This document shows positions 42,891 to 53,623 of a stretch of 64,000 bases of DNA, piece after piece. A program made the position numbers and the translations under genes. This DNA is from Longimicrobiales bacterium (GTDB lineage Bacteria; Gemmatimonadota; Gemmatimonadetes; Longimicrobiales; Gaopeijiaceae). The notes below the pieces were generated by a model that saw only the letters and a list, made by a program, of their open reading frames with translations, ran no database searches and was not told where the DNA came from. Position 1 is the stretch's first letter. Every line of letters starts with the position of its first letter. The DNA lies in contig CBDBCF010000001.1 in assembly GCA_965202985.1 (NCBI GenBank), positions 1,440,001-1,504,000 on the forward strand, in the 5' to 3' direction.

Positions 42891-44822
42891 CTAGAATGTC
42901 CGCGTCGATGTCCCGTTTTCGGGCCTCGAGTGTCCGGTGTTCGAATCCGCTCGCGCGCCCAGCAGTCCCGCCCCCAGAAACAGCACCAAGCCGGCGACGT
43001 CCCAGAGCACGCCTTGGGCGATCAGCGCCAGCGCCGCGGCCAAGAGGGCGATCCGCCGCACGGGGCCGATCGCGCCCCGAACGTAGCCCGTCACCGCGCC
43101 GGCCAGGGCGACGGCACCCGCCAACGCCGACACCGAGGTCGCGAGGATTTCGCCGGGCGTCCCTTGCAGGATCAAGGGCGGCGCGTAGATGAACATGAAC
43201 GGCACCAGGAAGCCCACCGACGCCAGCCCCATGGCGGTCCAGCCCGTCCGGAGGGGCGGCGAGCCGGCGATTCCGGCGGCGGCGTAGGCGGCCAGCGACA
43301 CGGGCGGCGTCACGTTGGAGATGCAGCCGAAGTAGAAGATGAACAGGTGGGCGGCCAGCAAGGGCACGCCTAGCTCGACCAGCGCCGGCGCCCCCAGAGC
43401 CGCCAGGACCACGTAGGCCGCGGTCGTGGGAAGCCCCATGCCCAAGACGATCGATCCCAGGGCGGTCAGGATCAGGGCGACGGGAAGGCGGCCCTGCGAG
43501 ACCACCATGATGAACTCGGACATGCGGAGCCCGATCCCGGTCAGCGACGCCACGCCGACCACGATCCCCGCCGCCGCACAAGCTGCCGCCACCTGCACCG
43601 CCCCCCGAGCCCCTGCGCGCAGCGCTTGGGCCACCTGCTGCCGGTCCATGCGGGTCGCCTTGACGACCGAGGACGCCAGCAACGACGAGACCACGCCCCA
43701 GAACGCGGCCCTCATCGGCGAACGTCCCATGGCCAGCATGACCACGATGATCCCGATCGGCAGCAGCAGATGGACGCGCCGGGCCAGTCCTTCCGCAACC
43801 GCCGAGCCGCCACGGTCGCCGGAAGCCGCCGAACCCCCTAGCCCCGCCTTGCCCGCCTGGAAGTGGATCGCCCATAGCAGCGCCGCGTAGTACAGGATCG
43901 CGGGCACGGCGGCGGCCAAGGCTACCCGGCCGTAGGGGATGTTCGTCCACGTGGCCAGGATGAACGCGCCCGCACCCATGACCGGCGGCATGAGCTGCCC
44001 CCCGGTGCTGGCGGCGGCCTCGATGGCGCCCGCGAAGTACGGCTTGAAGCCGGAACGCCGCATGAGAGGAATCGTAAACGTGCCGGTCGTGACCACGTTG
44101 GCGACGGCGCTTCCCGAGAGCGACCCCATGAAGGCGCTGGACACGGCCGCCGTCTTGGCGGGGCCGCCCCGTGTGCGCCCGGCCACCCGGTCCGCCAAGG
44201 CGATCAGCAGCTTCCCGCCGCCCGCCGCGTCCAAGAAGGCGCCGAAGAGCACGAACAGGTACACGAAGTCCGCCGACACCCCCAGCGGAACCCCCCACAC
44301 CCCTTCGGTGGACAGGAAGAGCTGTTCGACCAAGCGACCAGGTCCGTACCCCCGATGCGCCAGGATGCCGGGAAGCCAAGGCCCCGCCAGGGCGTACGCC
44401 AGCGCCGCGAGAGCCACGACGACCAGCCCCCAGCCCGTCGCCCGCTTGGCGAGCACCAGCACGCCCGCCACGACCACCACGCCCGCCGCCAAGTCCAGTC
44501 CCGTCGGGTTCCCCGAGCGCGCGACCAGTGCCTCGTTCTGGGAGACCAAGTACAGGGCGCACGCCACCAGCGCAACCCCGGCCGCCGCGTTGAAGCCCCA
44601 GCCCCAGCGCGACCGGGGAAGTGCGCGCACCCCCACGCCCATGAACGCCAGCGCCGCCATGAGCGCCAAGTGAACCGGCCGCTGCACAAGCGCCGTGAAG
44701 GGCGCCACGCCGGCACCGTACAGATGGAAGAGCGCGGCCGCGGCGGCCACGACCAGAATCGTTCGGTTCAGCCAGCGCCCGCGCGGCGTGCCGACCTCTT
44801 CGCCTGGTGCCGCTCCTCCCAC
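42891..44822 (-). CDS. TRAP transporter fused permease (4TM/12TM, TAXI-associated)
   Basis: GGPAK, SGSAVANV, ASTGGQLMPPVMGA, GMGLPTTAAY and TPPV. Confidence 0.93.
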   Translation of the reverse strand: MGGAAPGEEVGTPRGRWLNRTILVVAAAAALFHLYGAGVAPFTALVQRPVHLALMAALAFMGVGVRALPRSRWGWGFNAAAGVALVACALYLVSQNEALVARSGNPTGLDLAAGVVVVAGVLVLAKRATGWGLVVVALAALAYALAGPWLPGILAHRGYGPGRLVEQLFLSTEGVWGVPLGVSADFVYLFVLFGAFLDAAGGGKLLIALADRVAGRTRGGPAKTAAVSSAFMGSLSGSAVANVVTTGTFTIPLMRRSGFKPYFAGAIEAAASTGGQLMPPVMGAGAFILATWTNIPYGRVALAAAVPAILYYAALLWAIHFQAGKAGLGGSAASGDRGGSAVAEGLARRVHLLLPIGIIVVMLAMGRSPMRAAFWGVVSSLLASSVVKATRMDRQQVAQALRAGARGAVQVAAACAAAGIVVGVASLTGIGLRMSEFIMVVSQGRLPVALILTALGSIVLGMGLPTTAAYVVLAALGAPALVELGVPLLAAHLFIFYFGCISNVTPPVSLAAYAAAGIAGSPPLRTGWTAMGLASVGFLVPFMFIYAPPLILQGTPGEILATSVSALAGAVALAGAVTGYVRGAIGPVRRIALLAAALALIAQGVLWDVAGLVLFLGAGLLGARADSNTGHSRPENGTSTRTF

Positions 44823-44871
44823 TTGGCTATCAGCCCGTTGCGACTCGAGACGATCCGAGCAGGGAGCAGGG

Positions 44872-45594
44872 TTAGGCGAAAGCCGAGAAGACCGCCGTGC
44901 CGATCAGGGCAAAGGCCAGCGTCATCCCCACCGTGACGGCTGCGGTCGGTCCCCAGCGCCGGCGCGGATCCAAAAGCGACAGCCCCAGTCCTGCGACCAC
45001 CGCGTACCAGAGGCCGAACAGCGACACTCTGCCAAGGAAGCTCGACAGAAAGCCGTCCGGGAGAAACGGCGCCAGCCCGCCCACTGACAGGGTCTCTGGA
45101 CCAGGGGAGAGGCCCGCGGCGGACATGGCTAGAAGTGCCACGCTTGCCAAGCTGTTTAGGATCATGGAATGGGACATCACCGCCAGATGCTGCCGGAAGG
45201 TGGCCTCGTCGCCGCGGACGAAGACGAAAGCGACGTAGGTGATCCCGCTCGCCGCCAGCACCCCGATCAGAACGGCCGGCAGTACTATCACCAAGGAGAC
45301 GAACCGCATGATCGTCGACATCTCGAAGCCTTCGACACCTTGGCCGGCCGGCATTGCCGGCATTGCCGACGGGACAAAAACCCCTAGCGCGCCGAACGCC
45401 GCAGCCACCACCGTCGCGCCGAACCATGCGGGGCGGGCTGCCAAACGCGGAAAGAGGTCGCCGGGGCTGAAGACGACCATGCTGACCCTGTGGAGCAGGT
45501 TGGGAAGGGGGGGAGCGTCGTCGCCGTCCATCGCGCCGGCGTCCGGATCGCCCTCGGCGGCCGCGGCCCACTCGTCTTGATGCGGGTCCGTCAT
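44872..45594 (-). CDS. YIP1-family membrane protein
   Basis: VFSPGDLFPRL..P.W start followed by about 5 hydrophobic segments; ATGA overlap with the upstream gene. Confidence 0.7.
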   Translation of the reverse strand: MTDPHQDEWAAAAEGDPDAGAMDGDDAPPLPNLLHRVSMVVFSPGDLFPRLAARPAWFGATVVAAAFGALGVFVPSAMPAMPAGQGVEGFEMSTIMRFVSLVIVLPAVLIGVLAASGITYVAFVFVRGDEATFRQHLAVMSHSMILNSLASVALLAMSAAGLSPGPETLSVGGLAPFLPDGFLSSFLGRVSLFGLWYAVVAGLGLSLLDPRRRWGPTAAVTVGMTLAFALIGTAVFSAFA

Positions 45595-46457
45595 GGGGAT
45601 CCTCCCGTGTCGTTCGCCAGCCGGACCCGAACGGGACCGGACGCCTCCATCGTCATCGGCGGCACACCCATGCCGCCGACCTCGACGGTTCCGGACATGG
45701 TCCTGTTCATGTCGGAGGCGTAGAGCAGCGCGCGTTCCAAGTCCCACAGCAACATGCCGCTGTCGCTACCGGACAAGGTCGTCGTCATCTCCATGCCTTG
45801 CTGGACCGCCTTCGTTTCGGCCTCGGTCTCGGCCTCGACGCTTATGGCCAGCAGCGAACGGCCGTCGACCACCGTGTCCCCGATCGCCATGTACTGGTAG
45901 ACCGTCGTGGAGGTCGTTTCCGCCTCGCCTTCGCTCGCCGACCAAGTCACCGTGTCCACCCAAGAGTCGCCCGCGCCGGCGGCACGGCTGGGAAGCCGGG
46001 GGAAGATCCCGCGCACCCTTGCGTTGAAGTTGGCAAGCTGGGCCGCAACGCCCGACGCCGCCGGCACCGAGACCACGTCCTCCACGCCCCGGCCGTCCAA
46101 CGTGAACACGAGCGGCCCCTCCAGGTCGTCGGGGCCTGCGGTCAAGGGCCCGCCCATGGGCTGTTCCACCGTGGCGTCCCAAGCGGTCACCTCGCTCGTC
46201 ACGCGGACGCCGACCGGGTCGTCCTCGAACGTCATGTCCAGCTGCATGGTCGACGATTGGCCCATCTCCATCGGACCCATCGGGGAATCGACCGTGGCCG
46301 TCATGGTGTCGGCAACGTGGTAGGTGACCGACGGCGGGCTGGGCAGTCGGAACCCCAGCACCGGGGCGGGGGCCTGCGCGCCGGGAGAGCCGCTCGACGA
46401 ACAGCCGGCGGCGGCGAAGAGCATCGCAACAAAGAGGAGTGTCCGACTGCGGGTCAT
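45591..46457 (-). CDS. Hypothetical beta-rich lipoprotein
   Basis: Signal peptide with lipobox AAGC; FPRLP..GDSW motif. Confidence 0.7.
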   Translation of the reverse strand: MTRSRTLLFVAMLFAAAGCSSSGSPGAQAPAPVLGFRLPSPPSVTYHVADTMTATVDSPMGPMEMGQSSTMQLDMTFEDDPVGVRVTSEVTAWDATVEQPMGGPLTAGPDDLEGPLVFTLDGRGVEDVVSVPAASGVAAQLANFNARVRGIFPRLPSRAAGAGDSWVDTVTWSASEGEAETTSTTVYQYMAIGDTVVDGRSLLAISVEAETEAETKAVQQGMEMTTTLSGSDSGMLLWDLERALLYASDMNRTMSGTVEVGGMGVPPMTMEASGPVRVRLANDTGGSP

Positions 46458-46699
46458 TTTCGGGGCGCTCCGGGAGGGAGGACATGGAGGCTGCTCGGGT
46501 GTCGAAGGCCCAAGGTATCGGACGGGCGTCGCCCAGGCAAACACATGTTGTCCGCGCGGGGAGGCAGCCGGCGCCGATTCTGGCCGGGCGTCGGGCGATT
46601 CGTTATCGTTTTCGCCCCGGCCCCGCGAGGGTTGTCGTCCGGCCTGGAAAGGTCTGCGCGGCGGAGTCGGGCCGGAACCAACAAGCTGCCGAGGCGCGC

Positions 46700-47269
46700 G
46701 TGAGCTACTGGGACAATACCGACCGAATTCTCGAGAACATCGACCGGGCGCGGAGCCGGGACATGGAGCGGGCACTCTCGCTCAACGACCGGCGAGCCAG
46801 GGGACGCGAAATGGACGCCGAGATCCCCGACGGGGACGCCACCAGCCCCGAGCGTCTGAAGCGCGTCTTCGCGGTCGTGGAGGCTGCCTACAGGAGCGCG
46901 GCGCAGAGTTCGGAGATCGGACCGCTGGCGGCGCGCTTCCAGGCGATCGGCGACATCTCGCACCACGCGGCGCGGGGCGACGTGAGCGTGTCCGTTCACT
47001 ATCTGGACTCGGGCCGCCATGACGACGTGGGCGTGGTGCCCTTCGAGATCGGCAGCGTCCACCTGGAAGAAGCCAAGAAGGAGAGCCGCACGTCGAGGCC
47101 CGACGTGAACGCCATGAAGGTTCTGCGGCTCCGGCTTCGCGACGGCGTGTTGGCCGCCTACCGCAAGATCGAGCCCCGCCTTCGCGACGCCCTCAAGGAG
47201 CGGGCCGACATCGGCCACGTGGCGGCGGAGGTGACGCTGGACCTCCGGCCCGTCGAAACGCTGGAGTAG
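46700..47269 (+). CDS. Hypothetical protein
   Basis: Clean, normal-composition 189-aa ORF from GTG 46700 with GC-rich third positions; no motif recognised. Confidence 0.65.
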   Translation: MSYWDNTDRILENIDRARSRDMERALSLNDRRARGREMDAEIPDGDATSPERLKRVFAVVEAAYRSAAQSSEIGPLAARFQAIGDISHHAARGDVSVSVHYLDSGRHDDVGVVPFEIGSVHLEEAKKESRTSRPDVNAMKVLRLRLRDGVLAAYRKIEPRLRDALKERADIGHVAAEVTLDLRPVETLE

Positions 47270-47431
47270 GACCCGCCGGCAGCGAAGCCGCTTTGGAGGC
47301 GGCCCCGGACACTGGGAAGGCAGCCCCGGACACCAGTGAGGCGGCCTCCGACGCCGACTCAGACGCCGCCCCCGAAGGTTAGGCCCAACCAACCATGGAA
47401 GCGCCCAATTTCGGGGTGCATCGTTCCTTCC

Positions 47432-49206
<1,775 letters not shown>

Positions 49207-49210
<4 letters not shown>

Positions 49211-50337
49211 GGCGATGCTTGGCCGCTCGGGGCCTCGAAGACGAGCTTGCGCGTGGTCAGCGCCTCTATGCGATTCACGCGGGGCGCGACGCCGATGCCG
49301 GGGCCGGCGGGAACCGCCATGAGGCCGTCCTGCATCTCGAACTCCGGCTGCACGATGTCTTCGGCCCAGTAGCGCTTGGACCCGGAGATGTCGCCGGGCA
49401 ACGAGAAGCCGGGCAGGGAAGCCAGCGCGACGTTGTGCGCCCGACCGATCCCCGACTCCAGCATCCCGCCGCACCACACGGGCCATCCCGCGGCCCGACA
49501 GGTGTCGTGTATGGCAACCGAGGCCGCTAGGCCCCCGACCCGGCCGGGCTTGATGTTGACGATGCGCCCGGACGCCAAGTGCAACGCCAAGCGGGCGTCT
49601 TCGGGAGAGCACACGGATTCGTCCAAGCACACGGGCGTCTCGATGCGTCGCTGCAGCTCGGCGTGGTCAAGCAGGTCCTCGTGGCCCAGAGGCTGCTCGA
49701 TCATCATCAAGTCGAACTCGTCCAGTTCGCGGAGGCGCTCCATGTCGTCCGGCAATCGATAGGCCGAGTTCGCGTCGGCCATGACCGGCGCTTCGGCAAA
49801 GCGTTCGCGCACCGAACGCAGCGCGTCCACGTCGCGACCCGGCTTGATCTTGATCTTGATCTTGCGATAGCCCTCGCGGAGGTATTGCTCCACCTTCTCC
49901 AGCAGGGCGTCGTTCGTCTTCTGGATGCCGATGGAAACGCCCACCGGGACGTGGCCGCCCGGATCGCCCCCCAGCAACTCCGCCAGCGCCACGCGCCTGC
50001 GTTTCGCCTCCAAGTCCCAGCCCGCCATTTCGACGACGGCGCGTGCCATGGGGTGCCCTCGCAACCAGGGCGCAGGGTTCAGTCGCCGGGCGTCGTCGAC
50101 TTGGGCGCCAACCACCGCGGGCAACAGCCACTCCGACAGCACGTGCCAAGCCGTGTCGGTGGTCTCGTAGGAATAGCCGGGCGTTTCGCCGGCGACACAT
50201 TCGGACCAGCCTTCGACGCCTTCGGCTTCCAGCGTTAGAAGCACGATGCGACGGGATTGGGTGCCGCCGCTGCTGATCTCGAAGTACTCCTTGAGCTGCA
50301 ACGGCAACTCGCGGAGCACGGCGCGACGAATCTTCAT
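49207..50337 (-). CDS. menC: o-succinylbenzoate synthase / N-succinylamino acid racemase subfamily (enolase superfamily)
   Basis: KIKIKPG, DANSAY, IEQPL, LDES, NIKPGRVGG and WCGGMLE. Confidence 0.85.
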
Positions 50338-50444
50338 GTCGAACGTTGACGCCGGAATAAAACGTTGCACCGGGACGGGCGATCCGGCGCGAAGCCGAGC
50401 CGGACCACCCGTCCGAGGCTGTGTCGTGGCGTGGCCGCTCTCTC

Positions 50445-50963
50445 TTAGCGTGCCTTCTTGCCCCCGCCCTTCTTCTTCGCGGCCGCGGCCTTCTCCGCCG
50501 CCAGGCGGTCGCGCCGGCGAACGGAGTGCAGCCCCGTGAGCAACGCCGCGCGGGTGGAGGACTTGACGCCGCCCTGCACCAGGGTGTCTCGGATCTGCGG
50601 AACCGAGTACTTGGTGCCGAACTCCGCGATGAACTTGCGGTACGCCTTCGTCACCCCCAGGCCGGCGTAGTGGCCGGCGGGCACGTTGGGGTGTCCCGCG
50701 CCGGCCTTGCGGCGGCGTCCGTTGGCGGGCTTGCGCTTGGGGGCGGCAGCCTTGCGCTTCGCGGCGACCTTGCGCTTCGGGGCGGGCTTGCGCTTCGCCG
50801 GCGCGCGGCGGGCGGGCTTTGCCGCCGGCTCCAAGACCGCCATGGCCTCGGTCAAGGCGTCGACCGCCTTCTTGAGTTTCTCGCCACGTTCGTTGTGGCG
50901 CGCCAGGTCGGCCTTGGCCTGTTTCAGGGCTGCGGCGTAGGCGTTTCGGGTTTTGACAGCCAT
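50445..50963 (-). CDS. Small highly basic, histone-like putative nucleoid-associated protein (172 aa)
   Basis: RBS AGGAGG; N-terminal amphipathic helix, PAKRK-type repeats and a C-domain shared with 35300-36007. Confidence 0.8.
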   Translation of the reverse strand: MAVKTRNAYAAALKQAKADLARHNERGEKLKKAVDALTEAMAVLEPAAKPARRAPAKRKPAPKRKVAAKRKAAAPKRKPANGRRRKAGAGHPNVPAGHYAGLGVTKAYRKFIAEFGTKYSVPQIRDTLVQGGVKSSTRAALLTGLHSVRRRDRLAAEKAAAAKKKGGGKKAR

Positions 50964-51051
50964 TTGATCAGCTTCCCTCCTTGAACCTGATCGGTAAGGG
51001 TTTCGTCCTCGCGTTGGCCGAACACTGACCAAAGGACTTGTGAACGAAAGA

Positions 51052-51080
51052 ACAATACTAAATGCGTCGCATTCGCACAA
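51052..51080 (-). promoter_or_regulatory. Candidate sigma70 promoter with a palindromic operator in the spacer
   Basis: Minus strand TTGTGC-17 nt-TATTGT; AATGCG-N-CGCATT at 51061-51073; locally AT-rich. Confidence 0.55.
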
Positions 51081-51089
51081 CCGGAAGCG

Positions 51090-52241
51090 TCATACAGTCT
51101 GGAAGAGAGCCGCCAAGAACCGAATTCGCCTGGGTATGTCCGCAAGAAGAACGTACTCCCGCGACGTGTGCGCCCCGGCGCCGTCGGGTCCCAAGCCGTC
51201 CAGCGTTGGGCAACCGGCCGCCGACGTGAAGTTGCCGTCGCTCGCGCCGCCGGTCTCCCCTTCTTCCAGGTGGAACCCGATCCGCTCCGCCACGCGCTTC
51301 GCCGTTTCGAACAACCGGGCCGACTCGGGCGTTCGTTCCAGGGCGCCCCTGTTGATCTTGCCGTGCAAGCGCAGTGCGCATCGGTCGTCCACGGGCACGA
51401 GCGACCGCAGGCCGGCGTCCACGCGCCGTCCCTCGCTCGTTTTCCAAAACCGGACATCTACGCTGCATCGCGCACCTGCGGCGACCACGTTGCCGGCGGT
51501 GCCTCCGGAGATCGTGCCGACGTTGACCGTGGTTCCGGCTTCGGGCGCCGCAAGATCGTAGATGCGCGCAACCTGCAGCGCGGCCTCGTGCACCGCGCTG
51601 GCGCCTTTGTCGGGTTCGATCCCCGCGTGCGCGGCCCGGCCCGACACCTCCAGAACGTAGTCCGCCACGCCCTTGCGACGGGTCTTGGCGGCGCCTCCGG
51701 GCACCGACGGTTCCAGAACGAGCGCCGCCTTCGACGACCGCGCTTCGGCTTCGATGCGGCGACGAGAGTTGGGCGAACCGATCTCTTCGTCGCAGGTGGC
51801 CATGAACGTGATTGCAGAGCGCGGACTGCAACCTTGTTCCGCCAGAGCATCCAGGGCAGTGACGGCAACCGCGAGTCCGGCCTTCATGTCGTAGACGCCG
51901 GGGCCTCGGACCTTGTGCTGCGACACGTCGAAGGGACAGCGGTCCAGAGTGCCGGCGGGGTGCACAGTGTCTACGTGACCCAGGACGAGGATTGGGGCGT
52001 CCGCCGCGGTGGCGGCGCCGCCGTCGAAGCGAGCGACGACATGCTCGCCCAGACCCGGAGCGCGGATGCGCTCCACGCGGCCGCCGGCCTTGGTCAGCGC
52101 CGTGGCCAGCACCTCCGCCGCCTTCAAGTTTCCGTCTTGGTCGCGGCTTGGCGACTCGGTCTCGACCAGCGCGCGGAGCAGCGCCAAGCACATGTCCGTA
52201 CGCGCTTCCGCCAGCGAGGCGTCCACCGCAAACGAGCTCAC
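51090..52241 (-). CDS. M20-family metallopeptidase (carboxypeptidase G2-like)
   Basis: GHVDTV, GPGVYDMK, DEEIGS, GRAAHAG and GAH; GTG at 52241 overlaps the upstream stop. Confidence 0.9.
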   Translation of the reverse strand: MSSFAVDASLAEARTDMCLALLRALVETESPSRDQDGNLKAAEVLATALTKAGGRVERIRAPGLGEHVVARFDGGAATAADAPILVLGHVDTVHPAGTLDRCPFDVSQHKVRGPGVYDMKAGLAVAVTALDALAEQGCSPRSAITFMATCDEEIGSPNSRRRIEAEARSSKAALVLEPSVPGGAAKTRRKGVADYVLEVSGRAAHAGIEPDKGASAVHEAALQVARIYDLAAPEAGTTVNVGTISGGTAGNVVAAGARCSVDVRFWKTSEGRRVDAGLRSLVPVDDRCALRLHGKINRGALERTPESARLFETAKRVAERIGFHLEEGETGGASDGNFTSAAGCPTLDGLGPDGAGAHTSREYVLLADIPRRIRFLAALFQTV

Positions 52242-53623
52242 TCCGCGGCGCGCCTGTAGCTCTCGTCCAGCAGCTCGACGGGGTGAAAGACGGGCAGGGG
52301 CTTGCCCGCCAGCCGCAGGCCAGCCCCGATCTGCATCATGCAACCCGGGTTGGCCGTCACCACGGCGGCGGCGCCCGTTGCCAGCACGGCCTGGACCTTG
52401 TCTGCCGCGATCCGGCTCCCGAGTTCGCGCTGGGACAGACCGTAGATGCCGGCGCCGCCGCAACATTCGGCGGCGTTGTCCAAGGGCACGAGATCGAGTT
52501 CGGGCACGGCCGCCAACATCGCCTCGGCGGCGCCCTCCACGCCTTGCGCGTGAAGGAGGTGGCACGGCGCATCGCAGGTGGCCACCAGAGGAACCGGTCC
52601 GCCGGGCGCGGGGCCTCCTCGGCGGGCGAGAAGCTGGGACACGTCCATGGTTCGGGCGGCCACGTCGGCCGCTCGCTCCGCGAACGCCGGGTCGCCGGCC
52701 AAGAGGGACCCGTAGGACGCGACCGCGGCGCCGCAGCCGGAGGCGTTCATCGCCAGGTGGTCCACGCCGGCGGCCTCGACCGCGGCCACATTTCGGCGTG
52801 CGAGGGCGCGAGCGGCGCCCAGGTCGCCGGCGTGGGCGTGCAGGGCGCCGCAGCACCCTTGGCCGGGCATGGGCAGCACGCGGTAGCCGTTGGCCTCCAG
52901 CACGCGAGCGGTGGCGTGGTTGACGCGGGAGAACAGGCCGGCTTGAACGCAACCCGCGAGGACGCCAACGGTGCCGGGAGGCGCGATAGGGGGATCGGGG
53001 GCGGGGGGGTGGCGGGACGGGGGCCGGGCAGGCTTGGGGTCGTGGGGCGCAGGAGGGTGTTGGAGCGGGGCAGGCTTAGGCGAGCCCGGGGCGACCCCGG
53101 ACGAAGTCGGCGGGCGGGCGGGCGCTGATGCGGCCAGCATGGCCATGCCCAAGCGCAGGGGTCCGGGTACGGCGGCGGGCGGGCCCAGCCGAGCAACGAG
53201 CGCGGGAAGCCCAACCGCCCGCAGGAGCCGAGCGGCCAGCATGGCCGGGCGCGTCAACCACGACTTGCCGAAGGCGGTCAGGAGAAGGCGGGCCAAGAGC
53301 GGGGGCCGCCGGGCCTCTGCCGCCGAGTGGCGTGCAAGTTCCAGAAGGTGCCCGTAGGCGACCCCCGACGGGCAGACGGGTTCGCAGGCGCGACACCCGA
53401 GGCATCGCGAGATGTGCGTCTGGAAGGCGTCCGAATCGGCAGTCAGGCGCCCCTCCACGACCGCCTGCATCAGGTAGAGGCGTCCCCGGGGGGAGTCGGC
53501 CTCGTCGCCAAGCCGGCGGTAGGTCGGACATGCCGGCAGGCAGAAGCCGCAGTGCACGCACGCCACGAGGCCCTGTTCTTGCTCTTTGACCGCTTGCGCC
53601 AAGGCCGCCGCCGAGTTGGTCAC
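52238..53623 (-). CDS. glcF: Glycolate oxidase iron-sulfur subunit
   Basis: CVHCGFCLPACP, DSPRGR, CLGCRACEPVCP, two CCG motifs and ANPGC. Confidence 0.88.
   Translation of the reverse strand: MTNSAAALAQAVKEQEQGLVACVHCGFCLPACPTYRRLGDEADSPRGRLYLMQAVVEGRLTADSDAFQTHISRCLGCRACEPVCPSGVAYGHLLELARHSAAEARRPPLLARLLLTAFGKSWLTRPAMLAARLLRAVGLPALVARLGPPAAVPGPLRLGMAMLAASAPARPPTSSGVAPGSPKPAPLQHPPAPHDPKPARPPSRHPPAPDPPIAPPGTVGVLAGCVQAGLFSRVNHATARVLEANGYRVLPMPGQGCCGALHAHAGDLGAARALARRNVAAVEAAGVDHLAMNASGCGAAVASYGSLLAGDPAFAERAADVAARTMDVSQLLARRGGPAPGGPVPLVATCDAPCHLLHAQGVEGAAEAMLAAVPELDLVPLDNAAECCGGAGIYGLSQRELGSRIAADKVQAVLATGAAAVVTANPGCMMQIGAGLRLAGKPLPVFHPVELLDESYRRAAE

Noticed and set aside
46458..46699. Structured RNA or c-di-GMP riboswitch in the divergent gap before the pilB-like locus
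   Set aside because: Only an isolated GGCAAAC; the rest of the consensus is absent.
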